This document shows positions 42,835 through 57,139 of a stretch of 64,000 nt of DNA, one piece after another. Position numbers and translations under genes: made by a program. This stretch comes from Octopus vulgaris (Eukaryota): NCBI GenBank assembly GCA_951406725.2, contig OX597823.1, positions 92,070,001 to 92,134,000 of the forward strand, written 5' to 3'. The notes below the pieces were generated by a model. That model saw nothing but the letters and a program-made list of their open reading frames with translations, made no database searches and was not told the DNA's origin. Numbering within the stretch: the first letter of the stretch is position 1; each line of letters begins with the position of its first letter.

Positions 42835-43082
42835 TATACGTAGGTAAGTGTATGTGTGTGTGTGTGTGTATGTACATGTATATATGCTTTTTTTAATATT
42901 TAGGCGCAGGAGGTCTGTGGTCAAATTCCGCCGAGGTCGACTTCGGCTTTCATCCTTTCGGGATCGATTAAATAAGTACCAGTTACACAAGAGGGTCGAT
43001 ATAATTGACTTAATCCCTTTGTTCTTCCTTGTTTGTCTCCTCTATGTTCAGCCCACTGTGTACAATAACGAAATAAATATAT

Positions 43083-43260
43083 AGACGCAGGAGTGGCTGT
43101 CAGGTAAGTAGCTTCCTTACCAACTACATAGTTCTGCGTTCAGTTTAACTGCATGACACTTTGGGCAAGTGTCTTCTACTATAGCCTCGGGCCGACCAAA
43201 TCGTTGAGTGACGGAAACTGAAAGAAGCCTGCCGTATATATATATATGTATATATGTATG

Positions 43261-43292
<32 letters not shown>

Positions 43293-43520
43293 TGTATGTA
43301 TGTATGTTTGTGCGTGTGTGCGTTTGTCCCCCACCATCGTTTGACAACCAATGGCGGAGCGTCTACGTCCCCGTAACTTAGCGGTTCAGCAAAACAGACC
43401 GATAAAATAAGTACTAGCCTTACAAAGAATACTCCTGGGGTCGATTTGTTCGACTAAATGCGGTGCACCAGCATGGCCGCAGTCAAATGACTGAAACAAA
43501 TTAAAGAATAATAGAATAAA
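43083..43520 (+). mobile_element. SINE family C (tRNA head, CORE-like ttgggcaagtg, internal microsatellite)
   Basis: Same layout at 8340-8740, 10640-11015(-), 13650-13905(-), 17752-18120, 22839-23178, 24810-25250, 35636-36090, 36270-36645(-): head...ggaaactgaaagaagcc + variable (TA/TG)n + gtaacttagcggttc...catggccgcagtc..atgactgaaaca. Confidence 0.85.
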
Positions 43521-43521
43521 A

Positions 43522-43578
<57 letters not shown>

Positions 43579-43867
43579 TATATAAATATATAAATATATA
43601 TATTACGGAGATGTACTTGCATAGTAGGTAACCTGATCTGAGATCGTCTGCTGAAACAAAAGCAATTGAAGCATGGAAGGTGTTTATAAGCCATTTAAAT
43701 CAGACAAAACAGGTTAGATTCACTTGAACATTTAAATTTAATTTGCCAAAATGTATTCGTCGCTTTGAGACCGGGACAAAATTCCGTACTGCACATACAC
43801 ACACACATATACCCCTCACACATACACATATGCTCAAATGTATATTTTCATGCATAAATACGTATAT

Positions 43868-43950
<83 letters not shown>

Positions 43951-43982
43951 TATATATAAGAGAACAAAAGGTACGTACGCCG

Positions 43983-44037
<55 letters not shown>

Positions 44038-44329
44038 CAAAATGGGACAAGAACGCAAAACATTCAGAAGACGATACAAAAAACCCGGACGGGTCATTCG
44101 AAGCCTTAAATCTTCAGTCAAGAACCGGATCATCCTCGCAATTTCAGCTGAACAGCCTCATAATACATATGAAGCTTGTGAGAACCTGAGACGTGGTGTG
44201 TTTCTTCATCTGCGCTGTAGATTATCAAAAACAGTTTATAAGTAGTTTCATAAAAGGGACTATTTATGGAGGAAGACTAACAGACATTATCGATAAAGAT
44301 ATATTTGTCATTCGATCTTCATTAACAAA

Positions 44330-44815
44330 AATCAGAAAGAAACATTTGTCTGATCACAGCTTTCATTTTTGCAAACTTATTTCAGACATTAAACCGTTTG
44401 CGGGATTTCTTTTGTTGATCTTGCGCGCTTTAAATCACCCGTTTTAAAACACATCGACCTTCGATTAGAGCTAATGCAAACCACTATTGCAAGCAAATGG
44501 ATGAGAAATAAACAGTGGAAAAGATGTAGTATATCTCGAGAATTTTAAAATCACTGCATGGTTCCCATCCATCTCTATCTACACCCACACGAATATAATC
44601 TGTATCGTAAATATATAATCAGGTCTAATTTCGCTGTTTCTCCGTGGATTGAGAAAATTGATGGACAAACTTAATCGATTCCCGAATCTTATTGGATTCT
44701 CTTCAGAGATATCTGTAACAATTTCACGAATCCTAGAGAAACAATCAGCCATTATGTTTATATTACTCAACAAATACAGTCGTTACAAAAAAATTAGAGC
44801 TACTCATCTGCACAC
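44330..44815 (-). mobile_element. Old Gypsy-like LTR retrotransposon pol relic (RNase H end to integrase Zn finger)
   Basis: Ordered motifs on minus strand: R*VALIF (RWAL.L), NIMADCFSR (NxxADxLSR), LALIEGRCVLKRVI (L....G.....RVI), FAKMKAVIRQ (KMK..AR). Confidence 0.5.
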
Positions 44816-46586
44816 CGTAAGTGTTAAGGTCTTATTAAATATTTGGAGGTGCATGGTTTAGTGGTTAAGGTGTTGAACTCATGATCGTAAGGTTGTGGTT
44901 TCGAATCCTGGATCGCGCGATGCGTTGAGTTCTTGAGCAAAACACTTAATTTCACTTTGCTCCAGTCCACTCAGCTGGCAAAAATAAGTAATCCTGCGAC
45001 GGACTGGCCTCCCGTCCAGGTGGGGAGTTTCTACGCCACTGAAACAGGGAAAACGGAAACCGGAAACCTTATTAAATATGAAGGAGTCTGTCAGTGAGGA
45101 TTTCGGCCCACAGTATCAAGGCATGATATACGTAATCTAATTTGCGGGTACATAAACGGAGCTAGTTTAGCTGTTTCTCCGAAGATTGGGAAAACATTAT
45201 AACAACCTTAATCGATTTTGAATCGTATTAGATTCAAATCAAAGACATCTACATCACTTTGACCAATCCCAAGGAAACAAACAGCCAATCTGTTTATATA
45301 TTCAGCAATTACATTGGCTATCGAATATCTGGAGCTACTAATTTGTATAACAACAGGGAGCTCTGGCCATACAAGGTATGAATGAATAGATATACTCTAT
45401 ATAGTAATACACAATATTCTGTAATTATATGTATAAATATAATTATAATTAGGGGTCAGTTAACTGCTTCGCCACGTACTGAAATTAGAAATTGAAGCTA
45501 ATGCCATTTCAACTACCGAGACAATAACACACATTTTTTATGTAGGCAAAAAGAAAAAATGATGAATCCACAGGACTTCCATTATTGAGCATGGTTGAAA
45601 CGATATCTTGTTTTTAGAATCCATCTTTCTACTTTTGTGTGTGATGTGATGTGTGTTTGTGTGTGCATGAGTAATTTTTTTGTGTGTGCTGTGTGTTTTT
45701 GTGTGTGTGTGTGTTTGTGCGGGTGTATGTTTGTATATGTGTGTTATGTGTTTGTGTATTTGTGTGTGTGTGTGTATGTGTGTGTGTGTGGGGGGGTGTA
45801 TGTGTGTATTTGTGACTGAGAGAGAAGCTTAACAACTTCTCTTGTAACTTGGCTGTTTCCGGAAGCTAGTGCCTAGCCTGTTGTTATGCAAATTAGTAAT
45901 TCTAGATTTTCTGCAGCTACTTAAAGCCTCTCCACTTAAAGCCTCTCCACTTAAAACCTCTCCACTCATGGCTACGCCATAAAGGAAAGAGTAGTCAATT
46001 AGATTGCATCTATGGAGCTGCAAAGGATGCCAGATATTTATTAAGTATAACCGTATAACTGTATAATTACATATATATAGGCGTTAGGGTCCCTCGTTCC
46101 GGATTGCTGTGATGACCTTACTCAGCTATTTTTAAGCGCAGTATATATTACCTCAAAAAGGCAGCCGGAGTTTTATTATTATCCGAGTAGGCATGGTGTA
46201 TATAGAGTGAGTCCGACTCTCTCACGCTCCATTGATTCGGTGCACACACTGTGTCATGATCCCAGTAGTTATCGGGATCCAGGGTTTGTATGGGGTCAAC
46301 TTCTGGGCATTTACAAAAACTAATCTCTCGAGGGTCGGTTTGGTGGAATGTTAGTGAGTGGCAGTCTTCGAGGCAATTATGTGACATATTAAGTAATCAA
46401 TAGCTAGGATCCGGGCAGATGATACTACTCCGGGTCATAATTGACCTGGGAACAATAGTGACCGCGAAGTAGTCCCACATGCCTCAAAATCCTGGAACTC
46501 CCAAACCAAGGTCCAAACGCAATATACATCGACGTAGAATCATATACTTATGGAAAAAATGTCCTTTGACTTTATGCACTTTTTAG

Positions 46587-46652
46587 AGCAACCAAGACAT
46601 GACCACAAACGATCCACCAAAGAATAATCAAATACAACAATATATCAACCAG
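46587..46652 (+). CDS. Candidate internal exon (66 nt); phase 0 reads SNQDMTTNDPPKNNQIQQYINQ
   Basis: Branch-like tttgac, acceptor cactttttag|, donor CAG|GTGAGT; 22 open codons, in phase with the 38463 exon. Confidence 0.55.
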
Positions 46653-47749
46653 GTGAGTAGAAAGGTAAATAAGAATATGTTTTTTTTTTTTATTAGAATC
46701 GTGGAAATGTTTGAAATATGAGGGGAATTAAAAATGGATGCATTCGTCAAAACTGACACCGTATCGGAATAACATCATTTCAGTAAATAAAGCACAAAAG
46801 ACTAATTAAACTAAAATGAAACAAGCAGCCGATCCCCATCTGGCTTCAGACATGCTAGATGAAAGGACACACTTTAGATCTGATAATTGCCACTAAAGAT
46901 GGTGCGTCTCTAAAATAGATATTAGCAGCCTGGTGTATGATGCCGAAACAGATACGAGCTAGAATATCAACGCTATAACGGATATTTTTGCTATATCCTT
47001 CACATTCGGCACTCCAGAATATATATTAGTTTCAAATTGTGGAACAGGTCTAGTGGTTTCGTGTGAGGGGGCTTGTCGATTACATCGACCTATGTTCAGC
47101 TGGTTCTTGTTTCATCGACCTCGAAAGGACGAAAGGCAAAGTTGACCTCGGCGCAATATGAACTCAGACCGAGAAATACCGTGAATCGTTTTTCAATACC
47201 AGAATATATAGTCATTTCAAATTTTGGCGCAAGGCCAGCAATTTTGAGGGAGTGCTAAAGTCGATTGCATCGACCAGAATGTTTAACAGATACTTATTTT
47301 ATCGACTCCGAAAGGATGAAAGCAATGTTGACCCCGACGGAATATGAACCCAGAACGTGAACACAAACAAAAGGTCGCTAAACTTCTCGCCCGGCGCGCT
47401 AACGATTCTGCCATTTAGCTGCCTTTACATCAGAATACATATTAAAAGAGAAAAAAGGCTGCTAATTACTTTCGTGTAAGATGCATTATCAAATGTATGC
47501 AACGAAATTCAGTAAAATTATTTAAGATTATGGTAGAGATTTAGTTTGAAAATGACTCAGGAGCCTCAGACTAGTTGCAAAGGAAAGAAAAAAAAATTAC
47601 CAGAAAATTGTCTGACGTCACTGAGAAGGCGATTCATTACATGTGGCTCAAGAGTGAAGCAGAATGGTGCAACAAAACGAGCGCTGAAGGTGATAGAAAC
47701 ATTTGGCTCAGAGTCACAACATTTGACACAAGAAAGCTAATGTTGTTGT

Positions 47750-48335
47750 GCGGCACCTTTCAGAGATAATCTTTCTCTCGGCCTATTTCTACATGAGATT
47801 GCCCGCCCCCCGACCTCTGCTTCTCGTCATGACTGCCAGTTCTTCTACTGGAAAAAAAAAACAACTGACCGAACCAAACCCCAAATATTTAACCGGTCCT
47901 TCCGTCTAGCGCCCCAATACCTTATTGGACGGTATGAAGCTGTGATTCCAGGTGCTGAGATGCAAAGACCATTTCTTTGCTACTTTTGGCTCCTATCCCC
48001 TCCTCGTAATCTTTTAGAGCAGTACTAATCGAGGATGTACGCTTGGAGTTGGAAACTATGCCGATGACGTCATCCGCGTATGCCGACAAGGTTCTCTATA
48101 GTCCATGTTCATACAAGATCCCGCTCAACGCTTCCAGTATCTGCTGTAGTGGCTCTAGAGTCAGTGTTTACAGAAGAGACAAAAGTAGGCATTCTTGGCG
48201 GATCGACCGCATGATGTTGAATAGTTTCGATAGGTCACCATTCACTCGAAGAACCAAATAGATGTCGTTGTACATTGCGGCAATCCAGCCACGGAAAACG
48301 GGAATAAAACCAACCGCTTTGAGAACGGCTAAGAA
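47750..48335 (-). pseudogene. Non-LTR reverse transcriptase fragment (L1/Tx1-like)
   Basis: FRGWIAAMYNDIYLVLRVNGDLSKLFNIMRSIRQECLL (GVRQGCPLS motif), SAYADDV, GPVKIFGVWFG and LSLKG motifs, with stops and frameshifts. Confidence 0.85.
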
Positions 48336-48567
48336 TTCTTTCCACTCTACCTTCAACATCTGAAATTTTTTTAGGGTGTTTGGGGTTGTCGTTTAAAATA
48401 ACCCCCAGTGTAAAACTGGTACGTATTTTATCGCTTACAAAAGGATGAAAATCACTGTTGACATCGGCGAAATTTGAAATTCGACATCGTAGAATTTGAA
48501 CGTAAGCACAGACGAATTACCGCGAAGCATTTTGTTCAGTGTTCTAACGATCCTGCCATATTGCCGC

Positions 48568-48855
<288 letters not shown>

Positions 48856-49920
48856 TGAAACGGTTTTAAAGAAGTATCGTTCAATTTACTGAAAGTTGGC
48901 CATGTCAAAATTCGAATACAATTCATTAAAGTTCAAATTTCATAATTTCTGTTTTTATAAAATAGTTACTTTACTGCCTAAAGTTTACATTAATTTAATA
49001 GAATTTCGAAGCAACACAATAGATAAATTGGAATATAGAGTTGCTAATTCATTGTTCAAAATTGCGAAGGAAGTTCATTGGACAATGCTATTTTGTGACT
49101 GAATGAATATGATTGGCTAAATTGCTTTATATTTTTAATTTTTTCTTTTATATTTTAAGTTAATATCAAAGAAGATGTTTCGAAAATCTCTTTGAAGATA
49201 TTTATCGTGTTCGTATTATTTTAATAAAGAATTCTTTACTTGTGGGTCATTAATGTATAAAAGATGCTTAACGGTGTTATACAATACCAATTTCAAAGAG
49301 AAGGTGATGTTACTTAAGTCTTAATCATTTTCATGGAAGTATTCCGAAGAAATGACAGCCAATCAGAACTCGTTGTTAGGTGATGACGGATGTGGAGGGG
49401 AATACGCTCGCGTAGCAGGATTGGAAAATTCCTCACATATAATCACTTCGCTGTTTCAGGTTCGTTTCCTTCCTATTCGAATTTCAAATAACGATGGTGA
49501 TTATCGCGCATCTAACTTTCAATATATCATCTATAAATATGCGGTGATGTTCTGTTATGGATGCAGGTGTGGCTGTGTAGTTAAGAGGCTCGCTCTAGAA
49601 CCGCGTGGTTTCATGTTCAGTCCCACAGAGCGACACCTTGGTGATCTCTCTTCTACTTCAACTCAGGCCAAAGCCTTGTGAGCAAATTGCTTCATATATG
49701 TGTGTGTGTATGTAGTTATGTGTAGCTGTGTAGAACGTGTGTATGTGTGCACGTATGTTTGTGCGTACGAAGTTGGGTGACAATGTCCACAGGTTGATCA
49801 TGAAGGAGTGATGCTAGAGCTGTGCTACCATGCATGCGTTGCTTTCACTTCCTCTTATTAACAACTGAATTGATTTTCTCCAAGTAAACTGACCTCTGAC
49901 TGATTGAAGTAGCGACCTCT

Positions 49921-50130
49921 CTTGAAAATCGACAACATTTGGCATCGTAGTTTCTGCAAGTACCTGCAGAAAAGAAAAGAGGTAGCCCCCAAGGACATCA
50001 TACTGACATGGTTGCGATATTAAGGGATGACGTCCTAGCTTAATCAAAAGTGCAAAAGTAGGCAGCTGAATTGAAGAGGGAAAAGGAGAGTTCCGATGAT
50101 GACCCAACATTTTGACGTTCTGCAATTTCC

Positions 50131-50170
<40 letters not shown>

Positions 50171-51021
50171 TCAGTATTCACCGCATGCTCACAGGTGAGA
50201 GGCGATTGACTATAAATCAAATAGCCAATGCTATTAGCATATCCCGTGAGAAAGTTGATAATATCCTGCACAATGGACTTGGCATGGTGAAGGTTTCTGC
50301 TCGATGGATGCCCTGTCTTCTGACATCTGATCAAAAGTGTGCCAAGCTGATCACCTCATAGAAAAATCTGATATTCTATGAGGCATATCCAGCTGGTTTT
50401 CTTAACTGTTTTCTAACACAGGATGAGTGTTGGCTTCACCAGTTTGTGCCAGAGACAAGGAGACAAACCATAGAGAGGAAACATCCCTCCTCACCCGCAC
50501 CAAAGTAAACCATAGTCGTTTCATTTCCAGGGAAGGTGATGTTTTGGGGATGCAAAAAGCATTCTATTTATTGACTAACCTCAAAAAAGCCACATTATCA
50601 ATGGACGGCACTGTTTCAACAGTTACAGACGACTATCAAAACTAAATACCGAGAAAAGCTGATTGAAGGAGTCTTGTTTCGTGCGGATCATACTCCAGAA
50701 CGCAGGTACTTGGTTTCAATGGCTGCTGTGCGTGACTGTGGCTTTCAACTGGTTGATCATCCTCCACGTTCTCATTCTTTGGCCCCATCTTACTATCATC
50801 TGTTTTCCAACATTAAAAAATGCTTGACTAAGCGCCTGTATCGCAGTGAAGATGACGTCATATCTGCCGTCGATGACTTTTTGGGCAACAGCATGAAGTC
50901 TTCTTCATCAACGGAATCCAGGCACAGCAGCACCAATGGAATATGTTCAAAAGTGAACCTGATTTGTCCACAGTCCACAAACGTATCTCGATCTGTCTTT
51001 AATCGGTTCAGCTGACCCTCG
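49921..51021 (+). pseudogene. Decayed mariner transposase with 3' TIR remnant
   Basis: Frameshifted pieces LTINQIANAISISREKVDNILHNGLGMVKVSARWMPCLLT (WVPxxL motif) and LVDHPPRSHSLAPSYYHLFSNIKK (YSPDLAPxD motif); (CA)n expansion at ~50134-50166; ends gctgaccctcg. Confidence 0.9.
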
Positions 51022-51438
51022 CATTAATGGATTAATGGAAACTAATATTTGAAACTGAAGATAAAGAACAAATAGCTAAGGCACAAAATCACACTCGCAA
51101 GAATTGTGGTTTTGAGAAATATTGATTAAACGTCGGCCACGTGAGGTGTGAGGGTGTGTTTGTCTCTGTGTTTATGTACAATATTCAGGAATTCTGAGTT
51201 CGTATGTATTATGAATGTTAGTATTATGTACATACATGTATAAGTGTGTGTCTGTGTATGTGTAAGTGTGTGTGTGTGTATGCGTGTGTGTATATGCGTG
51301 TGTGTATGTGTGTGTGTTGTGAATGAAAGTGTGTCGGTACCCCGAATTAAAAATACACCAGATGGGTACTACTACCACGCATGTAACGAGAGACAGAAAG
51401 GATGCGCTCGACGTTGAGAATTTCAGTTTATGGAAACA

Positions 51439-51504
<66 letters not shown>

Positions 51505-51783
51505 GTGTGTGTGTGTGTTTGGACTGTTTTGGAAATTCCCTGATACAGTTATAGTATTTGGAGGGAAGTTTTTTTCTTAAAGAATTAAGATTGAGAAAAG
51601 AACCATTTCAGAAATTCGAAAGCCACGAACCTTTGGGAAGAGATTTCACAAAATGTGCGTGGGCTTCACTTTTATAGATGTGCAGGTGCTTTCAGTTCTT
51701 AACGTTTTCAAGCACGTGTTATTACGTTTTGAGAAGTTATAAAAATGTTCTTTTCTCAATCTTAACTCCTTCAGAAAAAATCT

Positions 51784-51822
<39 letters not shown>

Positions 51823-51824
51823 CC

Positions 51825-52185
51825 CTCTAGTTTCAGTTCAGAGCTGCGGCCATGCTGATGGACCACCGATTTGCTACAATGTTATTACTAAGAGCCTCCT
51901 CTAATATGTGGCGCTTGGTGAAGAATGGAGTTTCATATAGCTACCCTCATTTGCACCTCTTGCAGTGAGGTAGGTTCATCTGGGACTCTCGACAGAAAGA
52001 GGTCTAACTTTCATTAAAAAAACCCTATATCTACTTTGTGCGAGTTCCTCAGACTCTTTGGGAGAATATTAAAAGGCGTGGGCCCTTGAAATGCAGGCTG
52101 TTGAAGTAACTGGCCCTGAAGCGTGATGGCATTGCTGGGATCTTTGGCACTATGCAGTGTCGTCCCGTTCTGACATTGGTGCACT
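51825..52185 (-). mobile_element. CR1/L2-group LINE 3' end
   Basis: RTGRHCIVPKIPAMPSRFRASYFNSLHFKGPRL, homologous in pattern to 54465-54580. Confidence 0.7.
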
Positions 52186-52646
52186 TATATATATATATAT
52201 ATATATCACCTGAGCAAACACAACTAGATCTCATAATCTAGGGAAGTAGGGAAGTGGTTACATAACAAAATACCTGCAAACTCTGAGAACTGCATTGCGT
52301 GCAAACAACTGTACTCCTTCTTGTTGAGTCCAACTTATTCAATTACTATCTAACGAAGCTTCACTAAGGAAAAGAGAGCAAGAGAGAGACAGAAGAAATA
52401 AAAATGTCCTACCTCGGAAACATTTACAAAACATTTATTCTAATTCTTTCTTCAATTTATTTTTCCTCTTATTATCCACCTTTATTTTACTCTTTCTTGA
52501 AAAAGTCGAAAAGACTGAAATCGGTACTAACCGTTACATTTTGTATTTCATAACATTATTTTAGAATTTTCTGACTTGTCTTATATACAAATATATATAT
52601 ATATATATATATATGGGGGGGAACGTGTGTGTATGTGTATACATGC

Positions 52647-52685
<39 letters not shown>

Positions 52686-52986
52686 AGACAAGGCAGAATA
52701 TGTTAAATATTTGCATATTTTTGAACTAAGAAATATATACACATTTTTGAAATATGTGTGTATATTTTAACCATTTTTCTATTTTTAATTCTTGTAGTCC
52801 TAGTTTGTAGTAGTATTATGTATATAAGTTAGCATGAAGTTTTTTTTAGTATATATTACTAAATGAGAATAAGATTTCAATTAGATGTTTATTAAATAAT
52901 TAAATAAATGAATAAATAAATAAATAAATCATTTAATGTATATAGATTAAATTATAGTATCTTAGTTTCACTTAATGTATATTACG

Positions 52987-53066
<80 letters not shown>

Positions 53067-53719
53067 TTAACTATTTTGTTTTAATTACTTGTATTTTAAT
53101 TTTCCAGTAATTATATACTATAGTTTGTTATTTTTGTTTCTATAAGCTAAAATATATTTTCATAGATAAAATAAATATTTATATCTATTAATTCTAGTTT
53201 TATTTACACCACGTTTTTAAAGAGATAAATTTATTATAAACACTAAGTCCTACGTATTAAGTTTAAAGATTTAGTTAACAGAATATATTTGATAAAATAT
53301 TTCATGTTTTTATTTTAAGATATGTTGTTGCATTTTGTTCGATTTTTATTGAAAGGTCTTTCACAAGGTCAACATAACATCTTGGTCACTTGACCTGAGT
53401 AACCACAGTGCCAGTTGTCTGCACTTTGCTGCCATCTTATTAATGTGTATATGAAATGTTTATATGTATGTGTCTGCATATATACATACATATATATATA
53501 TATATATAAAATAGGGAATATGATTCCAAACTTACAGGGGAAAATTCAAATTTGTAATACTAAGTCAAATTTCACAATATATAATAAATGTATATAAATT
53601 AGAGAAGAACCACCATGTAGCAATTCAAAGACGTATTCTTATATATATTTATATTTTCTTATAAGATAATATACGTACATTTATTTAATTATTTTAATGA
53701 TTTTATTGTTTCTAACTTC

Positions 53720-53800
53720 GAGCTGATGAGTGACTATTTTGAAATTGAACTGATTTTACTGTTATCAGTTTGAACATATAGACACGAAACACGTGTAATC
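53720..53800 (+). ncRNA. Type I hammerhead ribozyme-like motif with extended stem II
   Basis: CTGATGA (53723-53729); stem II GTGACTAT/ATAGACAC plus inner GAACTGAT/ATCAGTTT; GAAA (53786-53789); palindromic ACACGTGT; GUA triplet ending at 53797. Confidence 0.65.
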
Positions 53801-54029
53801 TATTTACTAATTATATATTATTTATTCATTATTTCGTACTTTATTTAATTCTAGGTAAATGTTTTATAGTGTCGTTATTTTTTTTCTATATGGTATGATT
53901 TAAGTATATCATTGTTGAATTGCTTCATGGTGGTTCTTCTCTAGTTTATATACATGTATTATATATTGTGAAATTTGATTTAGTATTACTAAATTGAATT
54001 TTCCCCTGTAAATTTGGAATCATATTCCC

Positions 54030-54080
<51 letters not shown>

Positions 54081-54139
54081 CATACATATAAACATTTCCT
54101 ATACACATTGATAAGATGACATTAAAGTGCAAACAACTG

Positions 54140-54745
54140 GCAGTGTGGTTACTAAGCTACTCAAGTCAAGTGACCAAGAAGTTATGTTGACCCTGAGAAA
54201 GACCGTGGGTCTTAGCTGCCTGGAATATTACTCTCAGCTATGGTTACCACATATTGCCAAACTAACTGCGGAGCTTGAAGCCGTCCAACAGCCCTACACT
54301 AGAAATATCGAAGCAGTGCAGTGGATAAGATACAAAGAGAGAGACTGAAAAACTACGACTTCATTCCCCGGATCGAAAGCTTAACGAATATGTAATAATC
54401 CGTATATATAAAACTCTAGAAGGGCTCATACTGAAAGTCGGCATCAAATCTTATACACACACTAGAACTGGACATCAATGTGTTGTAGCAAAGGTACCTT
54501 CTACTCCATCTAAATTCAGGACCAGGTACTGCAATAGCGTATGGTTCAAAGGCCAACACCTCTTCAATGCCCTGCCACAAAAACTAAGAAATCTACTTAA
54601 TGGAGATCTCCTAATGTATCTTTCCTGAGACATGAGGTACAGACGAGGGCAACCGAATCAAACTTCCTCATGCACGAAATAGCCAGCAGCTGGGACAAAG
54701 GCACATGCAGAAGTGATGCTCCAGCATGACCGCAGCTGCATGGCT
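54140..54745 (+). mobile_element. CR1/L2-group LINE 3' fragment
   Basis: VMLTLRKTVGLSCLEYYSQLWLPH...ELEAVQQPYTRNI and downstream FKGQHLFNALP motif. Confidence 0.75.
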
Positions 54746-54751
54746 GAAACG

Positions 54752-56665
<1,914 letters not shown>

Positions 56666-57115
56666 GAGTGTGTGTGTGTGTGTTGTCACCTTTTGTGATT
56701 ATGTATGCGTCATTCTTTCCATACGATATCATAGATTGTTTTTGGAATGAATTATAAGCTAGTGTATCTCACTATTAACATCTGTTTTGTCCTCGAGGAA
56801 AAATAAACAAATCACAACTTTTCTTCTGTGTTATTGTTTCCATTTATGTACATTGGAAGTTTCTACATGAAGAAAACAAAATAATTGAAATATAATCTTA
56901 GAAAACTTTGAAAACATACAAATATTTTCAATGATATTACAAAGAATCTTTCAATATTCTTTTACTGAATATTTGGAAATATATTTTATCGTATCTTATA
57001 AATATTTGGAAATATTTTATGAAGTTTGGGGATTTTGTTAAAAGGAATTTTTGTCATACTTTTTTGTTTCTTTTTCTATATTTTCTAAATTTTCTTAAGT
57101 GCTTACTTTTTCCAG

Positions 57116-57139
57116 GGTGAGCGAGATACGGAAGCTTAG
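57116..57139 (+). CDS. Candidate terminal coding exon start, GERDTEA* followed by putative 3' UTR
   Basis: ~55-nt pyrimidine-rich tract ending tttttccag|; phase 0 gives GGT GAG CGA GAT ACG GAA GCT TAG, compatible with the upstream candidate exons. Confidence 0.35.
   Translation, partial: GERDTEA

Noticed and set aside
44846-44920. tRNA gene
   Set aside because: tRNA-like A/B boxes continue into a SINE body shared with other copies; no complete acceptor stem or terminator.
45919-45966. 15-bp tandem repeat x3 (ttaaagcctctccac); also a 10-bp x3 repeat at 24119 and a 21-bp x4 repeat at 10364
   Set aside because: Ordinary short tandem duplications with no functional evidence.
46890-46960. CTAAAGATGG...CCGAAAC as a decayed hammerhead
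   Set aside because: Core mutated, stem II poor, no stem III or NUH; not supportable from one copy.
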